Shown here one piece after another: positions 28,715 through 39,207 of a stretch of DNA of 64,000 nt. The stretch covers positions 32,001 to 96,000 of the forward strand of contig CAXXMR010000012.1 in the NCBI GenBank assembly GCA_963663805.2, in the 5' to 3' direction. Position 1 is the first letter of the stretch. The number at the start of each line of letters is the position of its first letter. Origin of the DNA: Sedimentisphaerales bacterium. Its GTDB lineage: Bacteria; Planctomycetota; Phycisphaerae; Sedimentisphaerales; SM23-30. Below the pieces are notes generated by a model. It worked only from the letters and a program-made list of their open reading frames with translations, was not told the origin of the DNA and ran no database searches. Made by a program: the position numbers and the translations under genes.

Positions 28715-30223
28715 ATGCTTGGTATCGACATTGGCGAAAATAGTATACGGGTGGTGAACCTGCGGCGGCGGGGCAGCAAAGTGAATATGCAGGAGCCGCT
28801 GCGTATAGATTTCAGCGAGGATGAAGGTCGTGACCCGGAGCTGCTGGGCGGGCGGCTTTATGAAGCATTGCTTGAGCGAAACTGGCAGCGTCAAAGAGCA
28901 GTAATGACTCTCTCGATGCGTTCAGGCAGTTTTGTGCGTCGCTTTGAACCGGGTGAGCTGACGGGGATGACGGGCAGTTACGGTTCGCGCAGCGGTCTGG
29001 AGATTATGCTGGCAGCGGCCCGCCGGTCATTGCTGGCTCCGGCGGACGAGCTGGTGTTTGATTTTTGGCCCAGCGATTCTGGTCATCATGGTAATATGCC
29101 CAAGGGGCCGGTCTTGTTGGGGGCGGCCCAGAAGTCGGCTTTGCAATATTGTCGCAAGCTGGCGGCGGCTTCGTCATTACGGCTTCATAATTTGGAATTG
29201 CGTCCTCTGGCGGCGATAAATGGTTTGCTGTTTCACTGGCGGGGAGCGGAGGAATCGAATATCGCGGTGGTTTCGGCTGAAGGCAACCGTGCTTCGGTGG
29301 GGATGTTCGATGAGGAAGGTTTAATTTCTCTTTATTCTGTCGCTGCTCAGGACGGCAAAAAAGAGGCTGACTCTGAGGTTACAGAACTGGGTCGGGCTTT
29401 AGTGCGTGTGTTTAACACCTTAAAACTGGGTGATGAGAAACTTATGCCGGAGCGGGTGTTTGTCGCGGCGGCGGAATCGGCAGATGAACTGGCGGAATTT
29501 ATTCAGCATCGTCTGGGGGTCTCAGTTACAGCGTGCCATTCGTGGGAAGCTACGGATTTGAAATGTACGAAGAGCGATGTTGCTGTGGCTGAATATGCCG
29601 GTGCTGTAGGTGCGGCTTTTGACGGCATGTCGGTTTCGCCGATATGGTTTAATTTTCTGCATCCGCGTAGTGAAAAGATTCCGAAGAAGAAACGTGTGAG
29701 CTGGAAGCCCTTTGGGGCGGCCTTGCTGTGTGCGTGTGTGGTCTGCATTGGTTTTTGGGGTACTCTGGTGCAGCAGCGTCGCAATCGTCTCCAGGAACTG
29801 GAGATGCAATTGGTTCAGGCGGCGCCGATGCAGCAGAAAATGCGTAAGGCCCGTGACGAATGGAAATTGCTTCTGCCTTATGTTTCGCGGGAAGCGGGCG
29901 GTCGGCGGGCGGAGTATCTGCGGGTGTTTTATGAGCTGAATCGGCTGCTGCCCAATACCGAGAATCTTTATCTTGAAGAATTGACCATTTCGACGACCAC
30001 CCGGGCCAAGACCGCGGGGGTTTCGGATATTGTAATCAAAGGGCGGGCTCGTCAGGTTGAGGCGATAACCACTTTCATCAAAGCCCTGAACAGTTCGAAT
30101 ATGTTTCAGGAAGCCGAGCAGGAAGGCAAGGTGACGATGCGGGAGACGCCGGACACGTATTATCCCGCGAGTTTTTCGGTCAAATGTAATTTGCGTAAAG
30201 AACCAGTGACGGTGCTGCCATGA
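28715..30223 (+). CDS. PilM-PilN/GspL-like inner-membrane platform protein
   Basis: LGIDIG actin-like start, FNFL before a TM helix, and a C-terminal IKGRA...FIKALNSSNMF PilN-like domain. Confidence 0.75.
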   Translation: MLGIDIGENSIRVVNLRRRGSKVNMQEPLRIDFSEDEGRDPELLGGRLYEALLERNWQRQRAVMTLSMRSGSFVRRFEPGELTGMTGSYGSRSGLEIMLAAARRSLLAPADELVFDFWPSDSGHHGNMPKGPVLLGAAQKSALQYCRKLAAASSLRLHNLELRPLAAINGLLFHWRGAEESNIAVVSAEGNRASVGMFDEEGLISLYSVAAQDGKKEADSEVTELGRALVRVFNTLKLGDEKLMPERVFVAAAESADELAEFIQHRLGVSVTACHSWEATDLKCTKSDVAVAEYAGAVGAAFDGMSVSPIWFNFLHPRSEKIPKKKRVSWKPFGAALLCACVVCIGFWGTLVQQRRNRLQELEMQLVQAAPMQQKMRKARDEWKLLLPYVSREAGGRRAEYLRVFYELNRLLPNTENLYLEELTISTTTRAKTAGVSDIVIKGRARQVEAITTFIKALNSSNMFQEAEQEGKVTMRETPDTYYPASFSVKCNLRKEPVTVLP

Positions 30224-30843
30224 AAAAACGTAAGCGTGACATAGCTATCTTTATTTTGATAATCGGGGTATTGGCTGGTTTGTTGGGGCATCAGGTCTAT
30301 TTATGGATGCGGCATCATCTGGATATGCTGGATGAGGAGATCGCCGCGCAGGAACAGTTGCTCGAAGCCGCCCAGACGGAGATGCAGGCGAATTCTATTT
30401 ATGCCAGTAAATGGGATGAGCTGAGTGGTTTTCTGGATGAACAGCCTGAGGAGCGTAAGACGAGCTTTACGGAATATCTTCAGGGATTGGCGGCGGAGCG
30501 TGAGTTTGTGTTTACCGATTTAGGGCCGGGCGATTCCCGTATTATCGAGGAGAACCCCAAGTTTCAGATTTTACAGTATGAGTTGTCGTATTCGGTGGAG
30601 CTGGCTAAGCTGGTTGATTTTGTGATGGGGCTGGATGTTTCCGGTGAACTGATGCGTATCGAACGGTTGAATATAAAGGCCAAGCCGGTGACGGCTTATT
30701 CGAATTGGCTGGACCGTAATATAGTGGGTGAGTCGCTGGATGTGCTGACGGTGAAAATGTCGGTGGCGACGGTGGCGTCTCAGCCGGAGATTACGACAGA
30801 TTCAGATTCGGATTTGCCGCTGCTGAACGGCACATTACGCTAA
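30220..30843 (+). CDS. PilO/GspM-like protein
   Basis: N-terminal TM helix, coiled coil, LVDFV...MRIERLNI, and position in the cluster. Confidence 0.65.
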   Translation: MKKRKRDIAIFILIIGVLAGLLGHQVYLWMRHHLDMLDEEIAAQEQLLEAAQTEMQANSIYASKWDELSGFLDEQPEERKTSFTEYLQGLAAEREFVFTDLGPGDSRIIEENPKFQILQYELSYSVELAKLVDFVMGLDVSGELMRIERLNIKAKPVTAYSNWLDRNIVGESLDVLTVKMSVATVASQPEITTDSDSDLPLLNGTLR

Positions 30844-30859
30844 GTGTAAGGGTTTTTAT

Positions 30860-31591
30860 ATGTCGCGAAAAACAATAGTTCGGCGGGGACTGATATTCGC
30901 TGTGATTTTCGGAATGGGAATTGGTGTGTGTTCTTTATGGGGTCAGGATGAAAAACCTCCGGTTCCTGCCGCTCCGACGGAGTCTTTAGCAGCAGAACAT
31001 CCTAAACAGGAGATCTTGACCGCTGAGCAGATGCGTCAGGAGATTGTGAAGAAGAATATTTTTCTACCGGCCCGGATACCGGAATTTTCCAGCGTCAGCT
31101 CTACCAGTTATGATATTGTGAGTGATGAGCCGATTTTACGTCCGCTGGATCGTCCTTTTCGGGTGAGAGGTTTTCGACTGACGGATGAGCGTGCGGAGGC
31201 ATTTTTGCATTTTGCCGACCATAGCGAAGATCGGATTGTGGTCGCCGGCGACGAAATCGAGACTGTCAAGGTTTTGAAAGTTGAGCCTCCCTATTTGATT
31301 TGTGATTATTCCGGTCGGGAGGTTCGTATCGCTGGCGGTGAAGGCAGCCGGGACGCTTATCTGCGTTTGAAAGGTTTCGGCAGTGATTGCCATCTGATTG
31401 GCACGACGGTTCTGCCGGAAGGTTCATTTGCCCAGTTCTATTTTCCCGGCGAAGGTATCTATCGTCGGGTCGAGGAGGGCGATGTGCTGGGTAACGCGAC
31501 GGTAAAGAAAATCGAGTGGGGACAGGTAATTGTGGAATTGACTGATGGCACACTGGTACCGCTTAAAACAACTACTGCTACCAATCGTTAG
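30860..31591 (+). CDS. GspC/PilP-like protein with two HR-like beta modules
   Basis: TM helix, KNIF motif, and two (L/V)xG...A.......GDx(I/L)...VxK(V/I)E modules. Confidence 0.55.
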   Translation: MSRKTIVRRGLIFAVIFGMGIGVCSLWGQDEKPPVPAAPTESLAAEHPKQEILTAEQMRQEIVKKNIFLPARIPEFSSVSSTSYDIVSDEPILRPLDRPFRVRGFRLTDERAEAFLHFADHSEDRIVVAGDEIETVKVLKVEPPYLICDYSGREVRIAGGEGSRDAYLRLKGFGSDCHLIGTTVLPEGSFAQFYFPGEGIYRRVEEGDVLGNATVKKIEWGQVIVELTDGTLVPLKTTTATNR

Positions 31592-32153
31592 CGGAATTAT
31601 TGTCATGGTGCTGGGTGTCGGTTGTGCCGCACCTGTCGCAAACAATAATATTGCCGCTTATGATAAGCCCGGTGTTCCAGTTGAGCCGCAGGTTACGCTG
31701 GTAAAATGGACACGCGACGATTTCTGTAAGCAGGATTGTCAAATTCCGGCATCTGGTGACGCGGTAGCTGAGATTTTCTTGAGCTATTTGTCACGCGGTC
31801 GAGATTTTCGTGAGCCCGAAGGACCGGATGGCTATGTATTACGTATGGTGTTGATGGATGAAAAATATAATTCGGTCGCGGTTGAGGGCGATTTGATAGT
31901 TGCCTTGTTCGCGGAGTTGGCAGAGGAAGAAAATCTGGCGGCGTTGAGGCCTTTACGCTATTGGCAATTGCCGAATCGTCTTTTTTCGCGGTATTGGCTC
32001 AAGGGCAAACTGCTTAACAGCTATCTGCTGCGGCTGGACTGGGGTGCGGACGAGGTTCCCAAGGGGAATTATATTTTGGCGGTAAGGTTACGATATAAGC
32101 AGGGACAGGAAAACCGGGTTTTGGTTGCGGAGATACCTTTCGGCGATAACTGA
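31545..32153 (+). CDS. Predicted lipoprotein upstream of the secretin
   Basis: Hydrophobic stretch ending LGVGC (lipobox-like); translationally coupled within the cluster. Confidence 0.6.
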   Translation: MAHWYRLKQLLLPIVSGIIVMVLGVGCAAPVANNNIAAYDKPGVPVEPQVTLVKWTRDDFCKQDCQIPASGDAVAEIFLSYLSRGRDFREPEGPDGYVLRMVLMDEKYNSVAVEGDLIVALFAELAEEENLAALRPLRYWQLPNRLFSRYWLKGKLLNSYLLRLDWGADEVPKGNYILAVRLRYKQGQENRVLVAEIPFGDN

Positions 32154-32204
32154 CGATTGCCGGAAAAGTTTTAATAAATCGGTTCAGACAGAAATGGAGA
32201 TTTA

Positions 32205-34472
32205 ATGGTTATGGAACAGGCAAGCCGGATTTCAAAAAAAACTGTATTCTTTATGTTGCTGGTGATTTGTATGTTGGCTTTGCCGATTGCCGCTCAGGAA
32301 AATCCCGAGCCTAAGCCCGCTGCGGAAAATCCCAAAGATGTGGTGACGGCAAGCTGGTTTTTTCAGGACGGCGAACCTAAGCAGCTTATGCAGGTTCTCA
32401 CCGAAACTTATCATGTGCAGTTTGAGGGTGTTGACCTGCTGACCGAACCGATAACTCTGATTACGGAAGAAAAAAAGAAGGTTGATTTGGACGGGGTTTT
32501 GGCCCTGCTTAATAACGTACTCAAGGAACGCAACGTTATTGCCCGGCGTGAAGGTGATATTGTGCGGATTATCCCGCGGGTGGATACCGATGTGCAATGG
32601 TTTGACATTAAGTATACTGATGTGAAGAGTCTGGTTAAGTGGCTGTCGGATATTTATCTGCCTCTGCCCGGTGACCGTCCCGAAGATGCCGCCCGTAAGG
32701 CCAAACTGATAAAAGCGCACCCAACTAAATCTCGCATTATGGTTTCCGGACCCAAAGATGTTGTGGCGGAAATCAAGTTTCTTATCGAAGAACAGCTGGA
32801 CCAGCCCGAATCTAAATCTGAAAAAGCTCTGCCGGCGGGTCCGCCTATGATTCGTCGATATATCACTTTGGAATTTATGGACGCTGAGGAGTTTATGCTG
32901 CTGCTGGGGACTAATGACCAGCTTGAAGGACGTTTTACCGCGGCGCTGGCCCCCAGTAAATATGGGTCGGTCAACACCTTGATTATCGCCAGTGCCGAAG
33001 AGGAAGTTTTTGGTCTTATCGCGGAAATGAAAAAGGCGTTCGATGTTGACCGTCAGGAACTGCGTTATATTCGCCTGAGTAATGCCGATGCCAAAGACGT
33101 GGCGGATTTGCTCTCAAAAGTATATCCCAAAGAAGCACCGGCGTTGCCGGAAGAGTTGGTCCGGGCTCGTCGTTCTCGCGGGGGCCGGGATACGACCGAA
33201 ACCGAAACACCTGTTTCTGATGTCGCCCTGGAAGCCTTTACCCGTGCCGGCGTAACTGAAACCAGTCTGCGTCAGATTCTCAGTCGTTCGCTGTCGATTG
33301 TGGCGGTGGGTGAAGTTACCATTGTGCCCGATGTTACGCGTAACGCCCTGATGATTTATACGCATAGTCGCAACTTTCCCAAGATTCTGGAACTCATCGA
33401 ACTGCTCGACCAGGAACAGAAACAGGTTTATATTGATGTGTTTATTACGCAGGTTTCACTTGATAACGCTGTTGAGCTAGGTGTTGATTTTACGCGTACG
33501 GGTCAGGAAGATTACATGGGCACCGATTTTGATTTTACTCTCAACCAGAATGTCGGGGCCGGAATTGCCGGCGGCATTGGCGGTTTGAGTTACGAGTTAA
33601 TCAGCAGTAATATCCAGACATTCATCCATGCCCTGCAAACTTCCGGCAATCTGGACATTGTCAGTCGGCCGGGTATGGTGGCGACCAACAACAAACAGGC
33701 TGTGATTTCTCTGGGCCGGGATGTGCCTATCATTAAGGATACCAAAGTAAGTACCGAAGGTGCCATCAGCAGTACGGTTGCCTATACCGAGGTTGCGACC
33801 AAGCTGGAGGTAACGCCGCAAATTCACGCTGATGGTTATGTTTCGCTGGTGATTGTACAAACGGTTGATGATGTCAGTACCGAGACGTTCCAAATTTCCA
33901 AGGATTTTAATCCGCAGGTGATTATCAAACGCAAGGCCCAGACGGAACTGCGAATCAAGGACGGCCAGACTGTGTGCCTGGGTGGTTTTATTATGGATAA
34001 AATCGTAGTAAATGAAAACGGTATTCCGCTGCTGATGGATATTCCTCTACTGGGAAATATTTTTAAGTTTACCGACCGGCAGCGTGAAAAAAGCGAAATG
34101 ATAATTTTTATCACGCCGCATATTCTCAGTAAGCCCCAGGACATGCTCAGAATGACCAATCAGCAGCGGCGGGAGAGCAATTCCGGCGGTATCGGCAAAC
34201 GTGAATGGGATTTTCTGGAGGAACGTGATGAGCTGGAGTATCCGCGTTTCCAGGAACCGCTGCCGGAAGTGTCTAAGGAATTACTGCCGCTCAAGGAAGT
34301 GGTTGAAGGGGTAGAGTCTGTCGAACCGCTCCAGACTGAGCCGGAAGCAAAACCTGAACCTAAACCCGAAACTAAAGCTCCTGCCAAGGAAAAACCTAAA
34401 CCCGCACCCAAGGCTAAAGCTGAAGCAAAACCAGCACCAAAAGCAGAGGCCAAACCTGCCGACGAGAAATAG
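32205..34472 (+). CDS. gspD: GspD/PilQ-family secretin with Pro/Lys/Ala-rich tail
   Basis: QVYIDVFITQV, LEVTPQI, IKDGQT, GIPLLMDIPLLGNIF and IFITPHI. Confidence 0.9.
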   Translation: MVMEQASRISKKTVFFMLLVICMLALPIAAQENPEPKPAAENPKDVVTASWFFQDGEPKQLMQVLTETYHVQFEGVDLLTEPITLITEEKKKVDLDGVLALLNNVLKERNVIARREGDIVRIIPRVDTDVQWFDIKYTDVKSLVKWLSDIYLPLPGDRPEDAARKAKLIKAHPTKSRIMVSGPKDVVAEIKFLIEEQLDQPESKSEKALPAGPPMIRRYITLEFMDAEEFMLLLGTNDQLEGRFTAALAPSKYGSVNTLIIASAEEEVFGLIAEMKKAFDVDRQELRYIRLSNADAKDVADLLSKVYPKEAPALPEELVRARRSRGGRDTTETETPVSDVALEAFTRAGVTETSLRQILSRSLSIVAVGEVTIVPDVTRNALMIYTHSRNFPKILELIELLDQEQKQVYIDVFITQVSLDNAVELGVDFTRTGQEDYMGTDFDFTLNQNVGAGIAGGIGGLSYELISSNIQTFIHALQTSGNLDIVSRPGMVATNNKQAVISLGRDVPIIKDTKVSTEGAISSTVAYTEVATKLEVTPQIHADGYVSLVIVQTVDDVSTETFQISKDFNPQVIIKRKAQTELRIKDGQTVCLGGFIMDKIVVNENGIPLLMDIPLLGNIFKFTDRQREKSEMIIFITPHILSKPQDMLRMTNQQRRESNSGGIGKREWDFLEERDELEYPRFQEPLPEVSKELLPLKEVVEGVESVEPLQTEPEAKPEPKPETKAPAKEKPKPAPKAKAEAKPAPKAEAKPADEK

Positions 34473-34480
34473 GTTTCTGG

Positions 34481-37400
34481 TTAGTGTGTTTTGTCAAGAC
34501 CGTGCCTGCCGCTGTCCAGCCCCGGCAGGACCACGGTTTGGACTTTGGGGTCTTTATATGAGCCGCTGATTTGGACGTGCATCAGAGCGGGTGTCAGTAC
34601 CGATTCATAGAAACTGGTTACAAAAGGCAAACTGGGTAGCTGCTGCGGTTTGCGGGCGGCCAGGATAATGTTAATGTCTTGTCCCACACCTTGCATGGAG
34701 CCGGAACCTTGCAGGCTCAGGGCGTCGCCGTTCAGCCGGATATTTTCGAACCAGGTTGTTTTGTCTGCGATGCTGGCTGATACCGCCATGTCGCGGAACA
34801 CCCCTGAACTGGGCAATGAGAAATTAAGCACTTGCAGCACCTGGGCCAGTATGGGCAAATCACCCAGTACGGTATCGGTTACCCGCAGCATTGCCCGCCC
34901 CCGCTGCGGAGTGTTCGGGTCGGGTTTACAAAGGCTGATACTGCTGTCGAATTTTCCGGTAATTGTCGGGCCCTTATTGATTTTTTGGGGGTCGGTTACG
35001 ATTAACTGGAGCAGTTCGCCTTGTCTGACCGCCAGGTTGAGGTCATATTGACGCTCTTGTTGGGAAGTGCTGCTGGTGAACCTCCCGGCCAGTTGGCCGT
35101 CGCAGAATACGCCTTTTATCTCATTTAATTGAAGCAGATTATTTTTGCCATCAACTTTAATCCGGGCAGTCAAATTTGAAAGCGGCCGCCCCTGCCCCAT
35201 CATATCGGTTGACTCTAAATTGCCTTCAAAGTTGAATTGTTTTGTGGTCGGGTCATAAGTGCCTTCTCCGGTAATCCCGCCGGTAACCATCTCGCCGTTG
35301 ATTCTCTTATCGAAGGACACATTGTGAAAGTCGATTCTTCCTTCGGCCTGCCAGGAATTATTGGTGTCCGGTTGACTTTTGATATTTAAGTCGGTAGCGA
35401 TAGTGCCGGTGAAATTATATTCACGACAGCGTCGACCAAGTTTGCCCGGCAGGGCCTGCTGCTGCTCAGTGGTGATTTCCAGAGCCCGGCTGATGAGTTT
35501 GAGGTTTGCTTCCGGGCTATTTTTATTTTGCTTTAGTGTGCCCGACAATTCAATATGTGTCGGTTCTTTGCCTGCCGTAAGCGGCTCAAATTTGAATTCG
35601 CCTGGCCGGGCTGTCATCTGGCCGTTGATATTCTCCAACCTGCTGCCCCCAAACAGCGGGGTAGCCGAACAGTTCAGCGGTTCAATTCGGGCCAGATAAT
35701 CCATCTTTTCGTGGTCCGGGCCGCATTGCAAATCAAGTTCGATTTTGGCCGCACCTTCCGGCTGATATTGCTGCCAGTATTTTTCCGCTTTCTCGCCCAA
35801 CGCCCCGCGCAGGTCGTTGTCAAGTTCCAGCATGGCAATGATGTTAATTTTATAATCCTGCCGCGAACGTGCCTGCCCGCTAAGCGTAATCACGCTCTGG
35901 TTGTGACTGCCCTCAAATGATTTGATGTTCAATTGTTGATTGTCCAGTTCAAGATTCGCGGACAGGTGCGTGAGCTTATAGGGAAAATCAGCGTATTCCA
36001 GCAGGCCGTTCCGTATTTGCATTTGCAGCTGATAATCGAGTTGACGTTTATTTTCGGTTTCATCGTTCGGCAGGCTTTTAAGATGCGCTCTGCCGTCAGC
36101 AATAGCCCGCAATTCCAGTTTGTCCTTAATTTCCGATGTGGTCTGGCAGAGATAATCGACCAGCTCGTCCTGCAGATAGAAATTTGCAAATTCGATGTCT
36201 AGTTCGAAGGGCGGGTTGGGTTGCCGCGGCTGTTCCAGGCGACCTTGCAGCCTGATTCGCCCCCGCTGTTGGTCGGCGAGCTGTTCAATATCGAACATAG
36301 CCAGTTCCGGCGTTGCTTTGACCTTGCCCTGAGCGTTTTTTAAATCGATTGGGAATTCATCATTCTTAACGCTCAGGCTTTTCAACTCAAATTCCGCTTC
36401 GATATGTTTTTGCCGTTGTTCGTCTCTACTTACATGATATACAACATCAAAAACTCCCTGCGGGTCAAATTTATCCCAGGTTTCCTGGTCGTTTTCCGAT
36501 AAAGCGTTCCGCAAATCATTATCAAAAGAAATGTTTTTAGCTGTAACAGTTGTCCGGAAAGGGCTGGAAGGCTCAATGTCGCTGGAAACCCCTTCAATAT
36601 GATAAGTTCTCTCGCCGTCGTGACCGGTGAAAGGCCCAATAGTATTGCCGTCCGGCGAAACCACTATCTTGCCCCGCAAATGCCGCAGCGGATAAGCGAA
36701 CTGCCAGAAGCTCACTGTTGTGTCATGCGACTCAATAATCAATTCCTGATGGCCGGGCACGTTTTCGCCTTCTTTTTTGCTCAAACTGAGTACCATATCC
36801 GCCCGTCCGGTGGGTTTATATTGCGTAATCAGCCTTTGCACAGCATAAGGCAGCAGGCGATACATCTGGGCCATGCCCGGCGTGTCCGCGGGAGCTTCCG
36901 ACGGCTCTTGTGTGCCCGAAGGAATAAACGACCAGGACTCGTCTGGAATCAGCAGATTTTCCGTGCGGGCTCTAAGCTCGAATGCCGCGTCAGGTTTATA
37001 GCCATAAATAGTGCCGTCCAGATGGAACGTGCAGAAATTTTCATAATGCCCCGAAAGGTTTACCAACTGAATATTTTCATTGGTAAGATGAAGGTCCGCG
37101 TCCACTCCTGACAGTGGAATATTCGCGTTCGGTACCGGCAGACGCAAGGCCGCGTCGCGCAGTTGCAGCTTCAGGTCGATACCTGCCCGGCGGTTATATT
37201 CCGCTTGCAAAAACAAACTGCCCGTCGGCTCGGCTTCGGTGTACATCTTGCCGGCTTCTTCCAACTGGCTGGGCAGGTTGGCCATACTGATAAGTTCCAG
37301 ACGGACCTGACCCTGGACCTGCAGATGACGCGAAACCAAATCGAAAGTGCCCTTGATGTCGGTTTTGCGTAATATCCCCTGGTCGCTGCTGATAAGTTCA

Positions 37401-38029
37401 AAGCCCAGGATATGATTTTGCGTTGCCTCCCGGAAAATCCGTCCCGAAAATTCCTGTTCACCGCTGTGGTTCACTTTATCGCCCATAATATCGGTGTAAC
37501 TTATGCGGCTGTTTCTCAGGAACACTGTCGGCAGGGAAGCACCGGGTGCGTGTTTTTGCGGCGGCTGGAGCAATTGCAGGTTGGCAAGTTTGCGGTCGTG
37601 ATCATACCAGATATTCAGCTTACCCTGCGAGACCACAATCGAGTCAAGCTGTAACTGCCGCGTGATAATACTCAGGGGCTTGTGCAGCAGCAGTACGTCG
37701 TCAGCGGCCAGAACCAGATTCTGGTCATTGTGTCTGGAGTTGGGCAGATATACGCGCAGGCCCCGGATGCGTACATGATGCAGAATGTCCAGCGATGCTT
37801 GTTCCAGCTCGACATCACCACCCGAAAAATTCTCCAGAGCCCGCAAAGCGTGATTGCGGATACGCTTGTCGTCAGTGAAATAATTCCAGCCCAGAAAAAC
37901 GCTTAGCAGCAGCAGTAAAACAAACCCTCCCAGAATCCGTCGGCGTAACCTTTGGCGTGGGGAATACCCGTGCGAGCGTCGGGTTCGCAGTTGGGCCGCG
38001 AGTTTTTTTAACCATCCATGGTTCGCCAT
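34481..38029 (-). CDS. AsmA/TamB/YhdP-like beta-rich envelope protein
   Basis: N-terminal TM helix, repeated FxYPL..LxG beta units and C-terminal QISGSYKDPKV. Start placed at ATG 38029, just after the ispG stop. Confidence 0.75.
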   Translation of the reverse strand: MANHGWLKKLAAQLRTRRSHGYSPRQRLRRRILGGFVLLLLLSVFLGWNYFTDDKRIRNHALRALENFSGGDVELEQASLDILHHVRIRGLRVYLPNSRHNDQNLVLAADDVLLLHKPLSIITRQLQLDSIVVSQGKLNIWYDHDRKLANLQLLQPPQKHAPGASLPTVFLRNSRISYTDIMGDKVNHSGEQEFSGRIFREATQNHILGFELISSDQGILRKTDIKGTFDLVSRHLQVQGQVRLELISMANLPSQLEEAGKMYTEAEPTGSLFLQAEYNRRAGIDLKLQLRDAALRLPVPNANIPLSGVDADLHLTNENIQLVNLSGHYENFCTFHLDGTIYGYKPDAAFELRARTENLLIPDESWSFIPSGTQEPSEAPADTPGMAQMYRLLPYAVQRLITQYKPTGRADMVLSLSKKEGENVPGHQELIIESHDTTVSFWQFAYPLRHLRGKIVVSPDGNTIGPFTGHDGERTYHIEGVSSDIEPSSPFRTTVTAKNISFDNDLRNALSENDQETWDKFDPQGVFDVVYHVSRDEQRQKHIEAEFELKSLSVKNDEFPIDLKNAQGKVKATPELAMFDIEQLADQQRGRIRLQGRLEQPRQPNPPFELDIEFANFYLQDELVDYLCQTTSEIKDKLELRAIADGRAHLKSLPNDETENKRQLDYQLQMQIRNGLLEYADFPYKLTHLSANLELDNQQLNIKSFEGSHNQSVITLSGQARSRQDYKINIIAMLELDNDLRGALGEKAEKYWQQYQPEGAAKIELDLQCGPDHEKMDYLARIEPLNCSATPLFGGSRLENINGQMTARPGEFKFEPLTAGKEPTHIELSGTLKQNKNSPEANLKLISRALEITTEQQQALPGKLGRRCREYNFTGTIATDLNIKSQPDTNNSWQAEGRIDFHNVSFDKRINGEMVTGGITGEGTYDPTTKQFNFEGNLESTDMMGQGRPLSNLTARIKVDGKNNLLQLNEIKGVFCDGQLAGRFTSSTSQQERQYDLNLAVRQGELLQLIVTDPQKINKGPTITGKFDSSISLCKPDPNTPQRGRAMLRVTDTVLGDLPILAQVLQVLNFSLPSSGVFRDMAVSASIADKTTWFENIRLNGDALSLQGSGSMQGVGQDINIILAARKPQQLPSLPFVTSFYESVLTPALMHVQISGSYKDPKVQTVVLPGLDSGRHGLDKTH

Positions 38030-38030
38030 T

Positions 38031-39134
38031 TTATTTTTCGGTATCCGCTGCCAGTTTGATATGCCTGAGCAAGGTTTCCACCGCCTCCGAAGCAGGCACG
38101 GTAGCGACTTTTTCACCGTGGGCGTAAATTATCGCTCGGTCCCTGCCGCCGCACAACGCGAAATCCGCGCCGTCGGCTTCGCCCGGACCGTTCACCACAC
38201 AGCCCATTACCGCCACACTAAATGGTTTATGAATATCTTGCAGGGCGATTTTGACACTTTGGACCATTGCCGGCAAATCAATTTCCGTTCTGCCGCAGGT
38301 CGGACAGGCGATGAGTTCCGGCCCCTGTCGTTCCCGCAGTTTCAGGGTGTATAAAATTTCCCAGGCTACATCGATTTCCGCTTCCGGCTCGCCCACCAGC
38401 GAAACTCGTATGGTGTCGCCGATTCCTTCTGCTAATAGTGTCCCCAACGCCGCTGCCGACCTGATAGAACCGGTCTGGACATCACCAGCATGGGTCACGC
38501 CCAGATGCAGCGGATAATCAAACCGCTCACTCAAAGCCCGGTTGACCTCGATGGTACGAGCGGCGTCATGGCACTTGGCTGACAAAACCAGCCGGTCAAA
38601 ATTCCGCTGCTCAAAAATGCTCACATAGTCAGCCATTTTCGCGACCATAAGCTCCACTAAATCCTGCTGAAGTTCTTGCTGGTACTTTTCTCGGTCGCGG
38701 CGTTCTACGATACTGCCCTCATTTACCCCCACCCGAATCGCCGTGTCGTTTGCCGCACAAGCGTCGATTACCTTATTAACCTGTTGGCGGTCGGAGATAT
38801 TGCCCGGATTGAGCCGAATTTTGTGTACGCCCGCTTCGATGGCCTCCAACGCACGGGCATAGTGGAAATGTACATCGGCTACCACCGGAACCTTGACATT
38901 ACGTAAGATCTCCGGCAAAGCCGCCGTATCTTTGGCGGTCGGTACGGCCACACGCACGATTTCACAGCCGCGACTGACCATCCGCTCGATTTGCTCAAGG
39001 CACGCCTGGACATCCCAGGTATGGCAGTTGGTCATACTCTGGACCCGCACCGGGTTATTGCCGCCCAGGGTCAGCTCACCCACCGCAGTCGTTCGGGTTG
39101 TACGTCTGGAATATTTCGATTCGCAATTTTTCAT
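38031..39134 (-). CDS. ispG: HMBPP synthase
   Basis: VQSMT, ADVHF, RLNPGN, GDTIRVSL, ACPTCGR and MGCVVNGPGE. Confidence 0.97.
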   Translation of the reverse strand: MKNCESKYSRRTTRTTAVGELTLGGNNPVRVQSMTNCHTWDVQACLEQIERMVSRGCEIVRVAVPTAKDTAALPEILRNVKVPVVADVHFHYARALEAIEAGVHKIRLNPGNISDRQQVNKVIDACAANDTAIRVGVNEGSIVERRDREKYQQELQQDLVELMVAKMADYVSIFEQRNFDRLVLSAKCHDAARTIEVNRALSERFDYPLHLGVTHAGDVQTGSIRSAAALGTLLAEGIGDTIRVSLVGEPEAEIDVAWEILYTLKLRERQGPELIACPTCGRTEIDLPAMVQSVKIALQDIHKPFSVAVMGCVVNGPGEADGADFALCGGRDRAIIYAHGEKVATVPASEAVETLLRHIKLAADTEK

Positions 39135-39207
39135 CTGCCACCTTATTATGTAGTTAGTTATTATAATAAGTTATTAGGTTTTAACCGGCAACCGGAACTT
39201 TCAGCAG

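Noticed and set aside
34330..34470. Tandem repeat at the secretin 3' end
   Set aside because: A low-complexity Pro/Lys/Ala/Glu coding tail, not a DNA repeat element.
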